Assembly (NCBI GenBank): GCA_022508345.1
Contig: JAFLVK010000001.1
Location: 100,371 to 164,370 of the forward strand
Direction of reading: 5' to 3'
DNA: 64,000 nucleotides
Source: Clostridiales bacterium
Lineage (GTDB): Bacteria; Bacillota; Clostridia; Christensenellales; CAG-314
Part shown: positions 8,847 through 17,690 of the stretch, in pieces
How the letters are laid out: every line of letters begins with the position of its first letter
Numbering within the stretch: position 1 is the stretch's first letter
Position numbers and translations under genes: made by a program
Notes under the pieces: generated by a model
Told to the model about the DNA's origin: nothing
Databases searched by the model: none
Seen by the model: only the letters and a program-made list of their open reading frames with translations

Positions 8847-9893
8847 ATGAAAAAAGCCGTGACAATCAAGAGCATAGCCGAACAACTCAATTTATCGCGC
8901 AACACCGTGGCAAAAGCACTCAACGGGCAATACGTTCCGGAGTCTACGCGGGAACTTGTACTGAAAAAAGCACAGGAAATGAATTACAAATCGCTGAATG
9001 CCGCTAATATAGAATTGGGCAGCAAAAAGTACAGAATACTGCTTGTTGCTGGCAAGCCGCTCATCAATATGAGCTATTTTATACCGTTGGTCAAGTCCAT
9101 TGAGAACTCCTGCTACGCAAGAAATTACGAGCTGTTTCAGTACACATACACGGTGCGCAGTACTCCTTTCAGCAGTTTTGCGGAATATGTAAAGGAGCTT
9201 AACGTGGACGGTATTGTTGCCATTGAGTGCTTTGACAAGGATTTTGTAAGCAAGATGATAAATATGGGTAAGCCCATATGCTTCAATGACTTTACTGCCG
9301 CCAGCCTGCAACTCAACAAAAATTTCGACATTATCAGCACAAACGACGAAAAATCTATTTGCGAAATTGTAAAATATATCCATACCAAGTACAACACAAA
9401 AAACTTCACATTTGTAGGTGACCCCACCCACTGCCTTAGCTTTTACGAAAGGCATACAGGTATGCGCATGGGTATTTACAGCATTACGGGTACTACACCG
9501 TCAAGTAGGGATATTCTTTGCAGGGACGAAAGCTTTGACTACGGCAACCCCGACGCTATCAAAACGGAAATTTTGAAGCTCAAATACAAGCCGGAATGCT
9601 TTATCTGCTGCAACGATTTTGTGGCACGCAACGTGTGCGAAGCTTTGAAAAGATTGAATATGCGCATTCCTCAAGACGTCATGGTTGTAGGCTTTGACAA
9701 CGTACCCGAAGCTACCGCTATGCACCCGGAAATTACATCGTTTTCTATCAACAAAGAATTTCTGGGAAGTGAAACTTTGCGAACTCTTGTCAACCGAATC
9801 GAACACCCCGAAACGCCGTCAAGAATTATTACCGTAAGCACTACAAGAATTTTGCGCGAATCCACCAACCGCTTTTCCCACCACTCGGATTGA
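8847..9893 (+). CDS. LacI-family transcriptional regulator
   Basis: N-terminal HTH VTIKSIAEQLNLSRNTVAKALNG followed by a periplasmic-binding-protein-like sugar-binding fold. RBS AGAGGTG. Confidence 0.85.
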   Translation: MKKAVTIKSIAEQLNLSRNTVAKALNGQYVPESTRELVLKKAQEMNYKSLNAANIELGSKKYRILLVAGKPLINMSYFIPLVKSIENSCYARNYELFQYTYTVRSTPFSSFAEYVKELNVDGIVAIECFDKDFVSKMINMGKPICFNDFTAASLQLNKNFDIISTNDEKSICEIVKYIHTKYNTKNFTFVGDPTHCLSFYERHTGMRMGIYSITGTTPSSRDILCRDESFDYGNPDAIKTEILKLKYKPECFICCNDFVARNVCEALKRLNMRIPQDVMVVGFDNVPEATAMHPEITSFSINKEFLGSETLRTLVNRIEHPETPSRIITVSTTRILRESTNRFSHHSD

Positions 9894-9960
9894 TATTTGT
9901 GCTAATTAATATAATCTGTTCTACTTAATATAGCAAATAGTAAAACATTTATTAAATACA

Positions 9961-10009
9961 AGCAAAAACCGCTGCACCTAAAGGTACAGCGGTTTTGTGT
10001 TAGATATAA
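9961..10009. repeat. Direct repeat copy 1 (contains a bidirectional terminator hairpin)
   Basis: 9964..10009 is identical to 11601..11646 (46/46). Extending to 9961/11598 gives 48/49. Hairpin ACCGCTG-cacctaaaggta-CAGCGGT is flanked by an A-run and a T-run. Confidence 0.9.
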
Positions 10010-10016
10010 AAAGCAA

Positions 10017-10910
10017 CTAACCCAATCGTTTCGCCATAAATTTTTGGAACATTTTCGTATTATACAATTTAAGTGCCGCCGGAACGTCAAGCTGATTTTT
10101 AGCAAAGCCTAACACCTTTTCCGCATTATGTCCCATATCGGCAATAAACATAAGTCCCGAAACGAAGCATGCCATATCAGAATTGAGAAATACTATAGGC
10201 ATCGCCATCTCTTCCGAAGTTGCAAGTCTGCCGATTGCACCATTCTCTTTGAGAAGGGCTTCTTGTCCGCCAGCCATTTTTTCAAATTCCTGCTTCATAC
10301 CCGTATCGGTAGAACCGGGCAAGAGAGCGTTTACTCTTATGCCACGTTGACCGTACTCAACGGCTTTAAGTGACGCGTAATAGTTCATTGCGCGTTTGGA
10401 TAGCGTGTAAGCCATGGTTCCGATTGGACTGTCTTTGGGACTAACCTTTTTCATAAATTTGACCATTTCGTCCCAAGAAGTACATTTCATTATTTTCTTG
10501 TATTCTTTCTGCCACTTCTCCCACATAAGTCCGCCGCATGACGTTACGTAAACTATTGAGCCGCCATTTTCCATGCGCTTATCAAGATATGTATCAGTAA
10601 TATACTTATTGGCGATAAAATTGACTGTAAACGTCGTCCAATAGCCTGTTTTAGCGCCACTCAATCCCGCAACTCCAAAAAAGCTGTCTATCTTTTCAGG
10701 AAGAGATACAAACGCCTCATCTATACTTTGCTTGTTAGAGAGATCACATTGAATAAACTTTTCCATTCCGTCAATTTGCAACTCGTTACGGTCCAACCCG
10801 TAAACTTTTGCGCCAAGACGGACAAGCATTTCACACACTGCTTTGCCCATACCGCTTGCTGAACCTGTTACGACACAAATTTTGCCATTATATCCAAAAT
10901 AGTCTTGCAT
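10017..10910 (-). CDS. SDR-family oxidoreductase (short-chain dehydrogenase)
   Basis: Rossmann motif VVTGSASGMGKA and catalytic YTLSK (YxxxK). 297 aa. Confidence 0.85.
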   Translation of the reverse strand: MQDYFGYNGKICVVTGSASGMGKAVCEMLVRLGAKVYGLDRNELQIDGMEKFIQCDLSNKQSIDEAFVSLPEKIDSFFGVAGLSGAKTGYWTTFTVNFIANKYITDTYLDKRMENGGSIVYVTSCGGLMWEKWQKEYKKIMKCTSWDEMVKFMKKVSPKDSPIGTMAYTLSKRAMNYYASLKAVEYGQRGIRVNALLPGSTDTGMKQEFEKMAGGQEALLKENGAIGRLATSEEMAMPIVFLNSDMACFVSGLMFIADMGHNAEKVLGFAKNQLDVPAALKLYNTKMFQKFMAKRLG

Positions 10911-10933
10911 TACTTTTCCCCTTCTATTATAAT

Positions 10934-10957
10934 TTAATGGTACATTTGTCCCATTAA
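10934..10957. promoter_or_regulatory. Candidate TetR operator TTAATGG-N10-CCATTAA
   Basis: 7-bp perfect inverted arms in the divergent SDR/TetR intergenic region. Confidence 0.3.
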
Positions 10958-11032
10958 GTGCTATTATATAGCATCACTTTTTAAAAAACAAGAGTATAAA
11001 ACGGTAATGAAACAAAAGGGGGAAATTGTCTC

Positions 11033-11542
11033 ATGAAAGCGCCGGTTGCAAAGCAATATTTATACGAAGCACTCTTTCGGCTGATGGCAAAAATGGACTA
11101 TCGGTCTATTTCCGTAAGCCAACTTGTCAGTGTCGCAGGCGTTTCGCGCTCTACTTTCTATCGTAATTATTACGACATGTTGGACATAGTAGATGAATTT
11201 TACAAAGACGCTATCAGCGAAATTTATTCTAAATATCCGCTATCCGAATCAACTATGAGCTCGGTTATTAAGAATATTTTTAGCGAACTTAAGTCCAAAC
11301 GCAACGAGTTCGAAATTTTAAATCGTCAAGGTTTACTTGATAGAATGAGCCCACACGTTTATAACACATCGTTAAAGCAGATTAACAATATGGGGGTTTG
11401 GCATAATCGTTACCAACCGCACTTCTTTGCGGGAGCATCTTTTGCCTTGATAAAAGCTTGGATTGAATACGGTTTTGAGGAAACCGAAGAAGAAATAACC
11501 AACATTTTTTTGAAATCTTTAGAAGGATATATGTTTTCGTAA
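11033..11542 (+). CDS. TetR/AcrR-family transcriptional regulator
   Basis: N-terminal HTH YRSISVSQLVSVAGVSRSTFYRNY. 169 aa. Divergent from the SDR gene. Confidence 0.8.
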   Translation: MKAPVAKQYLYEALFRLMAKMDYRSISVSQLVSVAGVSRSTFYRNYYDMLDIVDEFYKDAISEIYSKYPLSESTMSSVIKNIFSELKSKRNEFEILNRQGLLDRMSPHVYNTSLKQINNMGVWHNRYQPHFFAGASFALIKAWIEYGFEETEEEITNIFLKSLEGYMFS

Positions 11543-11597
11543 TGGACGTATTCCATTGTTCAATAGACATAATACCATGTAATAACATAGTAGTAAT

Positions 11598-11646
11598 AGT
11601 AAAAACCGCTGCACCTAAAGGTACAGCGGTTTTGTGTTAGATATAA
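11598..11646. repeat. Direct repeat copy 2 (contains a bidirectional terminator hairpin)
   Basis: Identical to 9964..10009 over 46 bp. Lies between the TetR stop and the ppdK stop. Confidence 0.9.
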
Positions 11647-11664
11647 GTATCCACGTTTTTGCAA

Positions 11665-14310
11665 TTACTTGCGTGGGTTCTTGATGTTAGCTTGAGCTGC
11701 TGCCAAACGTGCGATAGGTACACGGTAAGGTGAGCAGGATACGTAGGTCAGACCGATGCTGTGAGCAAATTCGATACTGCTGGGGTCACCACCGTGCTCG
11801 CCGCAGATACCGCATTGAAGCTCGGGACGGGTCTTTCTACCAAGCGTTACAGCCATGCTCATGAGCTTACCAACGCCGATTGTGTCAAGACGTGCAAACG
11901 GGTCGCTTTCGTAAATCTTGGTGCTGTAGTAGCTGGGCAGGAACTTGCTAGCGTCGTCACGGCTGAAACCGAATGTCATTTGGGTCAGGTCGTTTGTACC
12001 GAAGCTGAAGAATTCTGCTTCTTTTGCGATTTCGTCAGCGGTCAAAGCAGCTCTGGGAATTTCGATCATTGTACCAACTTGATATTCAAGCTTGCAACGG
12101 CTTTCCTTGATAACCTTGTCAGCTGTTTCAACAACAATCTTCTTGACATAAGCCAATTCCTTAACTTCGCCAACAAGCGGAATCATGATTTCGGGAACAA
12201 CGTGCCACTTGGGGTGACGCTTGTGTACGTTCAAAGCAGCCTTGATTACCGCACGGGTTTGCATCTTTGCAATTTCGGGGTAGGTTACTGCCAGACGGCA
12301 TCCACGGTGACCCATCATGGGGTTGAATTCGTGCAATGATTCGCAAATTTGCTTTACTTGAGCAACAGTCTTGCCTTGAGCCTTTGCAAGTTCTTCGATG
12401 TCGTGTTCATCTGTGGGAACGAACTCGTGAAGAGGAGGATCCAGGAAACGGATAATAACGGGATAACCCTTGAGTGCTTCCATAAGTCCTTCGAAGTCTG
12501 CCTGTTGAAGGGGTTCAATCTTAGCAAGAGCTCTTTCGCGCTCTTCTACTGTTTCGGAAACAATCATTTCACGGAACTTGTCGATACGTCCCTCGCCGAA
12601 GAACATGTGCTCGGTACGGCAAAGACCGATACCTTGTGCGCCAAGTTCTGCTGCGCGTTCAGCGTCAGCGGGTGTGTCGGCGTTTGTACGAACTTCCAAA
12701 GCCTTGTACTTATCAGCAAGCTTCATGATACGTCCGAAGTAACCACTGGAGGGGTCTGCAGGCACAGTCTTGATAGCGATGTTGTAAATCTTACCTGTGG
12801 AGCCGTCCAAGGAGATGTCGTCGCCCTCGTGGAATACAATGCCGCCAAGCTCGAATTGCTTGTTAGCTTCGTCCATCTTGATGTCGCCGCAACCGGATAC
12901 ACAGCAAGTACCCATACCGCGTGCAACAACTGCTGCGTGAGAGGTTTGTCCGCCGCGAACTGTCAAGATACCTTGAGCGTACTTCATACCCTCGATATCT
13001 TCGGGAGAAGTTTCAAGACGAACAAGGATAACTTTCTTGCCTTGTTTTCCAAGTACAACTGCATCTTCCGGTGTGAACACAACAGTACCTGCTGCTGCTC
13101 CGGGGCTTGCTGCAATACCCTTGCCAACAACATTTTTCTTGTCAGCTGCTGCAAGAGCGTCTACGTCGAATGTGGGGTGAAGAAGCATATCAAGAGATTT
13201 AGCGTCGATTTGCATCAAAGCTTCCTGTTCACTGATCATGCCTTCGTCGATAAGGTCGCATGCAATCTTGATAGCAGCGGCGGCTGTACGCTTGCCGTTA
13301 CGTGTTTGGAGCATGTAAAGCTTACCACGTTCAATGGTGAACTCCATGTCCTGCATGTCTCTGTAGTGATGTTCGAGTGTATCGCAAACTTGAAGGAATT
13401 GTTGATAAACTTCGGGCAAAACTTCTGCCATTTGAGAAATGGGCATCGGTGTGCGAACGCCTGCTACGACGTCTTCGCCCTGAGCGTTCATAAGGAATTC
13501 GCCCATAAGACCCTTTTCGCCTGTTGCGGGGTTACGTGTGAATGCAACGCCTGTACCGCAGTCGTCACCCATGTTACCGAAAGCCATCATCTGTACGTTA
13601 ACTGCTGTACCCCAGCTGTAGGGGATGTCGTGGTCCATACGGTAGATGTTTGCACGGGGGTTGTCCCAAGAACGGAATACTGCTTCCACTGCTGCAAACA
13701 GTTGTTCTTTTGCGTCCTGCGGGAATGGCTTACCGATTGCCTTTTTGTACTCTGCCTTGAACTGTGTTGCAAGGGTCTTGAGGTCGTCGGCGGTAAGTTC
13801 AACGTCGGATGTGATTCCGCGTTTTTCCTTCATTTCGTCGATAAGAACTTCAAAGTACTTCTTACCAACTTCCATAACGACGTCACTAAACATTTGAATA
13901 AATCTTCTGTAGCAGTCCCAAGCCCAACGGGGGTTGCCGGATTTAGCTGCAAGAACTTCTACAACTTCGTCATTCAAACCAAGGTTCAAAATTGTGTCCA
14001 TCATGCCGGGCATGGATGCGCGAGCACCGGAACGTACGGAAACGAGAAGAGGGTTCTCCTTGTCGCCGAACTTCTTGCCTGCGATTTTTTCCAGCTTAAC
14101 GATGTACTTAAGAATTTGATCCTTAATTTCGTCGTTGATACGTCTGCCGTCCTCGTAGTACTGCGTGCAAGCTTCTGTACTAATTGTGAAGCCTTGGGGA
14201 ACAGGAAGACCGATGTTGGTCATTTCTGCAAGGTTGGCACCTTTGCCGCCAAGCTTTGCGCGCATTGTAGCGTTGCCTTCGCTAAACAAATAGGTATACT
14301 TTTTTGCCAC
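11665..14310 (-). CDS. ppdK: Pyruvate, phosphate dikinase
   Basis: The (M)AKKYTYLFSEGNATMRAKLGGKGANLAEM N-terminus, the phosphohistidine region GGQTSHAAVVARG and the PEP-utilizer C-terminus are all present. Start set at GTG 14310, 8 nt after GGAGG; the track ORF uses an upstream TTG. Confidence 0.95.
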   Translation of the reverse strand: MAKKYTYLFSEGNATMRAKLGGKGANLAEMTNIGLPVPQGFTISTEACTQYYEDGRRINDEIKDQILKYIVKLEKIAGKKFGDKENPLLVSVRSGARASMPGMMDTILNLGLNDEVVEVLAAKSGNPRWAWDCYRRFIQMFSDVVMEVGKKYFEVLIDEMKEKRGITSDVELTADDLKTLATQFKAEYKKAIGKPFPQDAKEQLFAAVEAVFRSWDNPRANIYRMDHDIPYSWGTAVNVQMMAFGNMGDDCGTGVAFTRNPATGEKGLMGEFLMNAQGEDVVAGVRTPMPISQMAEVLPEVYQQFLQVCDTLEHHYRDMQDMEFTIERGKLYMLQTRNGKRTAAAAIKIACDLIDEGMISEQEALMQIDAKSLDMLLHPTFDVDALAAADKKNVVGKGIAASPGAAAGTVVFTPEDAVVLGKQGKKVILVRLETSPEDIEGMKYAQGILTVRGGQTSHAAVVARGMGTCCVSGCGDIKMDEANKQFELGGIVFHEGDDISLDGSTGKIYNIAIKTVPADPSSGYFGRIMKLADKYKALEVRTNADTPADAERAAELGAQGIGLCRTEHMFFGEGRIDKFREMIVSETVEERERALAKIEPLQQADFEGLMEALKGYPVIIRFLDPPLHEFVPTDEHDIEELAKAQGKTVAQVKQICESLHEFNPMMGHRGCRLAVTYPEIAKMQTRAVIKAALNVHKRHPKWHVVPEIMIPLVGEVKELAYVKKIVVETADKVIKESRCKLEYQVGTMIEIPRAALTADEIAKEAEFFSFGTNDLTQMTFGFSRDDASKFLPSYYSTKIYESDPFARLDTIGVGKLMSMAVTLGRKTRPELQCGICGEHGGDPSSIEFAHSIGLTYVSCSPYRVPIARLAAAQANIKNPRK

Positions 14311-14377
14311 TGTTTTTTCCTCCAAAAAATTATTACATCGTTAAGAGCCTTTTATGCTCATACGCATCTATTTTACA

Positions 14378-15013
14378 TTATTTTGCCAAATTAGACAACT
14401 GTTTAGGCGGAAAAAAATATGGAATAGGGTCGGCTGTTTGCGCGTTTGCCTGTACGGCAAATACAATTACTGAAATTGAGCAGCTTTTGCCCTCGGCAAT
14501 TTTGTCGCTGTCCTGTAGTTCAATGCGGACGGTGAGGGTTGCAACCGTTTGCTCGCTGCCGTCAGACGGAAGCAGCGCCCAGTTGGATGCACGGGCGGAC
14601 TCGGTGTCAATCAATTCCACACCGTCAATGTCCACGTCGAGGGCATTGCACAGCTGTGTGTCGCCGTCAAACACAAGCTGAACCTGCCACTTTATTGCAA
14701 CTGTACTGTTGCTGACAACTGCTATATCAAATGTTACGCCGTCATAGGGAGCCATGTTGCTGAGCGTGATTTCGCCGTCCTTTTCGCTAGCCTCGCCGGA
14801 AAGCCATTCGCCATCTACCCTAGCCCCGTGCTCGTCGCGCGTAAACATGTTGAAATCGGCAATACTTGCCGTCACCTCCACCTTGCCCGATGTTACAGCA
14901 ATGTTGGTTGAGGTATTGCTTGCAAACATGGCAAAGGTTGAGCCTACAATGAGGCTCAGACACAGCACTACCGTCAACACTGACGTAAGAAGGATTGTAC
15001 CTGTTTTGTTCAT
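14378..15013 (-). CDS. TasA/camelysin-like secreted protein, paralog 1 (SipW-type signal peptide)
   Basis: N-terminal TM followed by GSTFAMFASN. C-terminal FAVQANAQ. Paralogous to the two upstream genes. Confidence 0.65.
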   Translation of the reverse strand: MNKTGTILLTSVLTVVLCLSLIVGSTFAMFASNTSTNIAVTSGKVEVTASIADFNMFTRDEHGARVDGEWLSGEASEKDGEITLSNMAPYDGVTFDIAVVSNSTVAIKWQVQLVFDGDTQLCNALDVDIDGVELIDTESARASNWALLPSDGSEQTVATLTVRIELQDSDKIAEGKSCSISVIVFAVQANAQTADPIPYFFPPKQLSNLAK

Positions 15014-15030
15014 ATTGTCTCCTTTTTCAA

Positions 15031-15615
15031 TCAGTCAATTTGAGCGTTTGCCTGCACGGCGTTGACTGAAATAATGGCAGTTCCGCTAAAGTACGGCAGC
15101 TGTGACGAATGTGGAAATTCGAAAAATACGCTTACAACACTTACAAGGTCTTGATCTGCTTGCGCGTCAATCCTTTCCCATGAGGTAGTAAAATATGTGT
15201 CGTATTTGCCGACGAAGTCCACACCCCCTTCTGTGGACAAATTTATCTGTTCAAAAAACTCCGCGTCCGCTTCCACCTTTACCTGCCACTTTGCAGCAAG
15301 CGACCCGATGTTGCTGATATATATATCCAATTTAATACCGCAACCGGGCACTATATTTGTGAGGGTAAGCTCTCCGTTTGATGAATCGAACGAATATTTG
15401 CCACCGTAAAGCCACCCCATTTGCACTTCATTGCCGTCGTTGAAATACGTACTCGTGATGGGCATAGAGTACGTAACAGTCAATATTCCGCTGGATACGG
15501 AAATATTTGTAGTGTTTTCGTCCTCGAAAAGGGCGTAGGTTGAGCCTACAACCAAGCTCCAACACAATGCCACTGTAAGTACAAATATGAGAATAAGTTT
15601 GCTGATTTTGTTCAT
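15031..15615 (-). CDS. TasA/camelysin-like secreted protein, paralog 2
   Basis: N-terminal TM followed by GSTYALFEDE. Also PGCG and NAVQANAQ motifs. Confidence 0.65.
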   Translation of the reverse strand: MNKISKLILIFVLTVALCWSLVVGSTYALFEDENTTNISVSSGILTVTYSMPITSTYFNDGNEVQMGWLYGGKYSFDSSNGELTLTNIVPGCGIKLDIYISNIGSLAAKWQVKVEADAEFFEQINLSTEGGVDFVGKYDTYFTTSWERIDAQADQDLVSVVSVFFEFPHSSQLPYFSGTAIISVNAVQANAQID

Positions 15616-15633
15616 TTTCTCACCCCAAGTGGG

Positions 15634-16266
15634 TTAGTTTTGCCAAGTAAGCTGCACTGCGTGTACAATCATGTCAACGGTAAGCTGCTGCCCCTGCGCT
15701 TCGTTGTTTACTTCGTCGTCATCAACAAATTTCAACTGCACAGTGAACGTGCCAACACCATCTAACAGCACGTTACCAAGGGGTGACGAGGCATTGCCCC
15801 ACAGGTATTTTTCACCAAGATTACCAAGCATTACCGTTTGTGTATTTGTGTCGGTTTTCAGTGTAAGCTGAAGCTGTTCGGCAAGCTTGTTTGCTTCGCC
15901 CTGTAGCACAAACTCCAGGTAAAAGCAGATTGCCACGTCACCGTTGTTTTTCAGCGAAAACTTCGCCCCAAATTCACAACCGGGGACAACCTTGACTTCA
16001 TCACTCAATCCAAATATATTGTCGTTTGTTGCCTTGGTAAATTCCTTTGCAACATTGTCTTGCACACTTGTCAACAGCCCCTGATCGGAAAGCAATGTGC
16101 TGCTAAGCTCGTCACGCCAAAGCTGCACTTTCAGTTCGCCTGATTGCAGGTGATTTACCACATTTACCGAATCGCTAAACAACGCGTAAGTTCCACCCAC
16201 TATCAATGCCAGACAGCACAGTACCGTCACGCAACAAAGACTGATTGCTCTTATACGTTTTGACAT
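15634..16266 (-). CDS. TasA/camelysin-like secreted protein, paralog 3
   Basis: N-terminal TM followed by GGTYALFSDS. Also VVPGCEF, NNEAQGQQL and HAVQLTWQ motifs. Confidence 0.7.
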   Translation of the reverse strand: MSKRIRAISLCCVTVLCCLALIVGGTYALFSDSVNVVNHLQSGELKVQLWRDELSSTLLSDQGLLTSVQDNVAKEFTKATNDNIFGLSDEVKVVPGCEFGAKFSLKNNGDVAICFYLEFVLQGEANKLAEQLQLTLKTDTNTQTVMLGNLGEKYLWGNASSPLGNVLLDGVGTFTVQLKFVDDDEVNNEAQGQQLTVDMIVHAVQLTWQN

Positions 16267-16295
16267 AATTATCTCCTTTAGATAGCTTTGATTGA

Positions 16296-16958
16296 TTAAT
16301 CTGCAGACGTTGTTGCCACAGTTTGCACCTGCGTTGCTGCAGCATGTGATGCCTGACGTGCTAGTCTGCGACGTTCCTTTTCGCGGCGTTTTGCTTCTTC
16401 GCGTTCTTCACGTATTTCGCGTACGGCAATGTCTATGCTGTCCTTTGCCGCGCCCACGTCCTTTGCCGTCAATAGCTTCAAGGATGTTGCCGCCTGCTTG
16501 ACGGATATTTTGTTGGTGGATACGTATCTGCTGAAATTGGGGTTTGCAATGATAAATTCGCAGATAACGGTACCCCGCTTGATAAGCAAACGGATAATGC
16601 GTTTGCCATGCAGACGGTACTCGTCGTAACCGCCGGTAGTGACACACTTTACTTCTTCCACCCTGTTGGCGTATTCGGCAATCTCGTCGTACCAAGCCTT
16701 TTGTTCGCCACTCAGTGCCATGTACTTGTATTTGTGGCTTTGCTTGGGCTCAGCGGAAAACCTCACCTGATCGTCGTCCGCCGCAATCACCACCGTCGAC
16801 TGTTGAGCAGCTTGCTGTTGCCCTACCTGTGTTGTGTCGGCTGATTTTTTTGTCTTGCGCTTGTTGCTATCGCGAAGCATATCGCGCACCACTACACATA
16901 CGGTAAATATGCACATTACCACAACCAATACCATAAAACCGAAAATTAAAGTTTCCAT
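16296..16958 (-). CDS. Single-pass membrane protein of unknown function in the SipW operon
   Basis: Strong RBS AAGGAGG. N-terminal TM (LIFGFMVLVVVMCIFTVCVVV) followed by a basic stretch, a Q-rich linker, a globular region and a highly charged tail REIREEREEAKRREKERRRLARQ. Confidence 0.6.
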   Translation of the reverse strand: METLIFGFMVLVVVMCIFTVCVVVRDMLRDSNKRKTKKSADTTQVGQQQAAQQSTVVIAADDDQVRFSAEPKQSHKYKYMALSGEQKAWYDEIAEYANRVEEVKCVTTGGYDEYRLHGKRIIRLLIKRGTVICEFIIANPNFSRYVSTNKISVKQAATSLKLLTAKDVGAAKDSIDIAVREIREEREEAKRREKERRRLARQASHAAATQVQTVATTSAD

Positions 16959-16991
16959 ATATTCCTCCTTGTTTCAATAAATTTACAATTT

Positions 16992-17690
16992 TTATTCTGT
17001 TGCCTTTTTGCGTTTGGCAATGTTTACAATTTTGGATACATTCCAGGCAATGACAATTACACAAGGAACAATGATGAGCACAGCCAATCCCAGCGGACGT
17101 TTGAGTGAGTACACCAACAAGCCCAAAACGTAGCTTTTGCCCGTTACCCTGCCAATGACGTAGTTGGGGCTTGCCGTGTTGCTTGTGTCGATAGTTTGCA
17201 CGTCGGCAATTCCCGTTGACGACGAATTGTCGCCGCGTAATGTTATGACGTATCCGCCTGTGTCGTTGGGTTCAATGTCAACGATACGGTGAGTGATTGT
17301 CATTTGGGGAGATTGTTTGCCCTCGAAATGCTGACCTGACACGTCGTAGCGGAACGTAAGCACGTCGCCCACCTTTAGCCGGGAGTAGAACTCCTGCGCC
17401 TGCGCTGCACCATCGGGAACAAGCTGCACAAATACCATGCTGCCCTTTCTTATGTCCTTTATCCGACAGTCGGATACGTCCACGTCGGAGTTCTTTTCCA
17501 TTGACCCGCTAAGCACTATCCGCATTTCGTAGCCCAACAGCTTTACCGCGCCGTCCGTATCCCGTTTGCTGAAAACGGTAAACAGCAGCATCGCCAAACA
17601 AAGCGTGCAAAATACGTACACCGGCACATTTGCCACCACGGTCAGCGCCCTGTTGAATTTTGTTGCAGATTTCTTCACGGTTTTTGTCAA
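16992..17690 (-). CDS. sipW: Signal peptidase I, archaeal/ER (SipW) type
   Basis: Catalytic-Ser box LSGSMEK, His box ITHRI, RGDN, and a C-terminal TM anchor. 4-nt overlap with the upstream gene. Confidence 0.75.
   Translation of the reverse strand: MTKTVKKSATKFNRALTVVANVPVYVFCTLCLAMLLFTVFSKRDTDGAVKLLGYEMRIVLSGSMEKNSDVDVSDCRIKDIRKGSMVFVQLVPDGAAQAQEFYSRLKVGDVLTFRYDVSGQHFEGKQSPQMTITHRIVDIEPNDTGGYVITLRGDNSSSTGIADVQTIDTSNTASPNYVIGRVTGKSYVLGLLVYSLKRPLGLAVLIIVPCVIVIAWNVSKIVNIAKRKKATE

Noticed and set aside
12349-14394. 681-aa ORF on the + strand, the longest unannotated ORF in the track
   Set aside because: It lies entirely antisense to ppdK. Its translation is Cys/Phe/Val/His-rich with no motif or RBS, whereas the minus frame encodes an unmistakable pyruvate phosphate dikinase. 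It is a shadow ORF.
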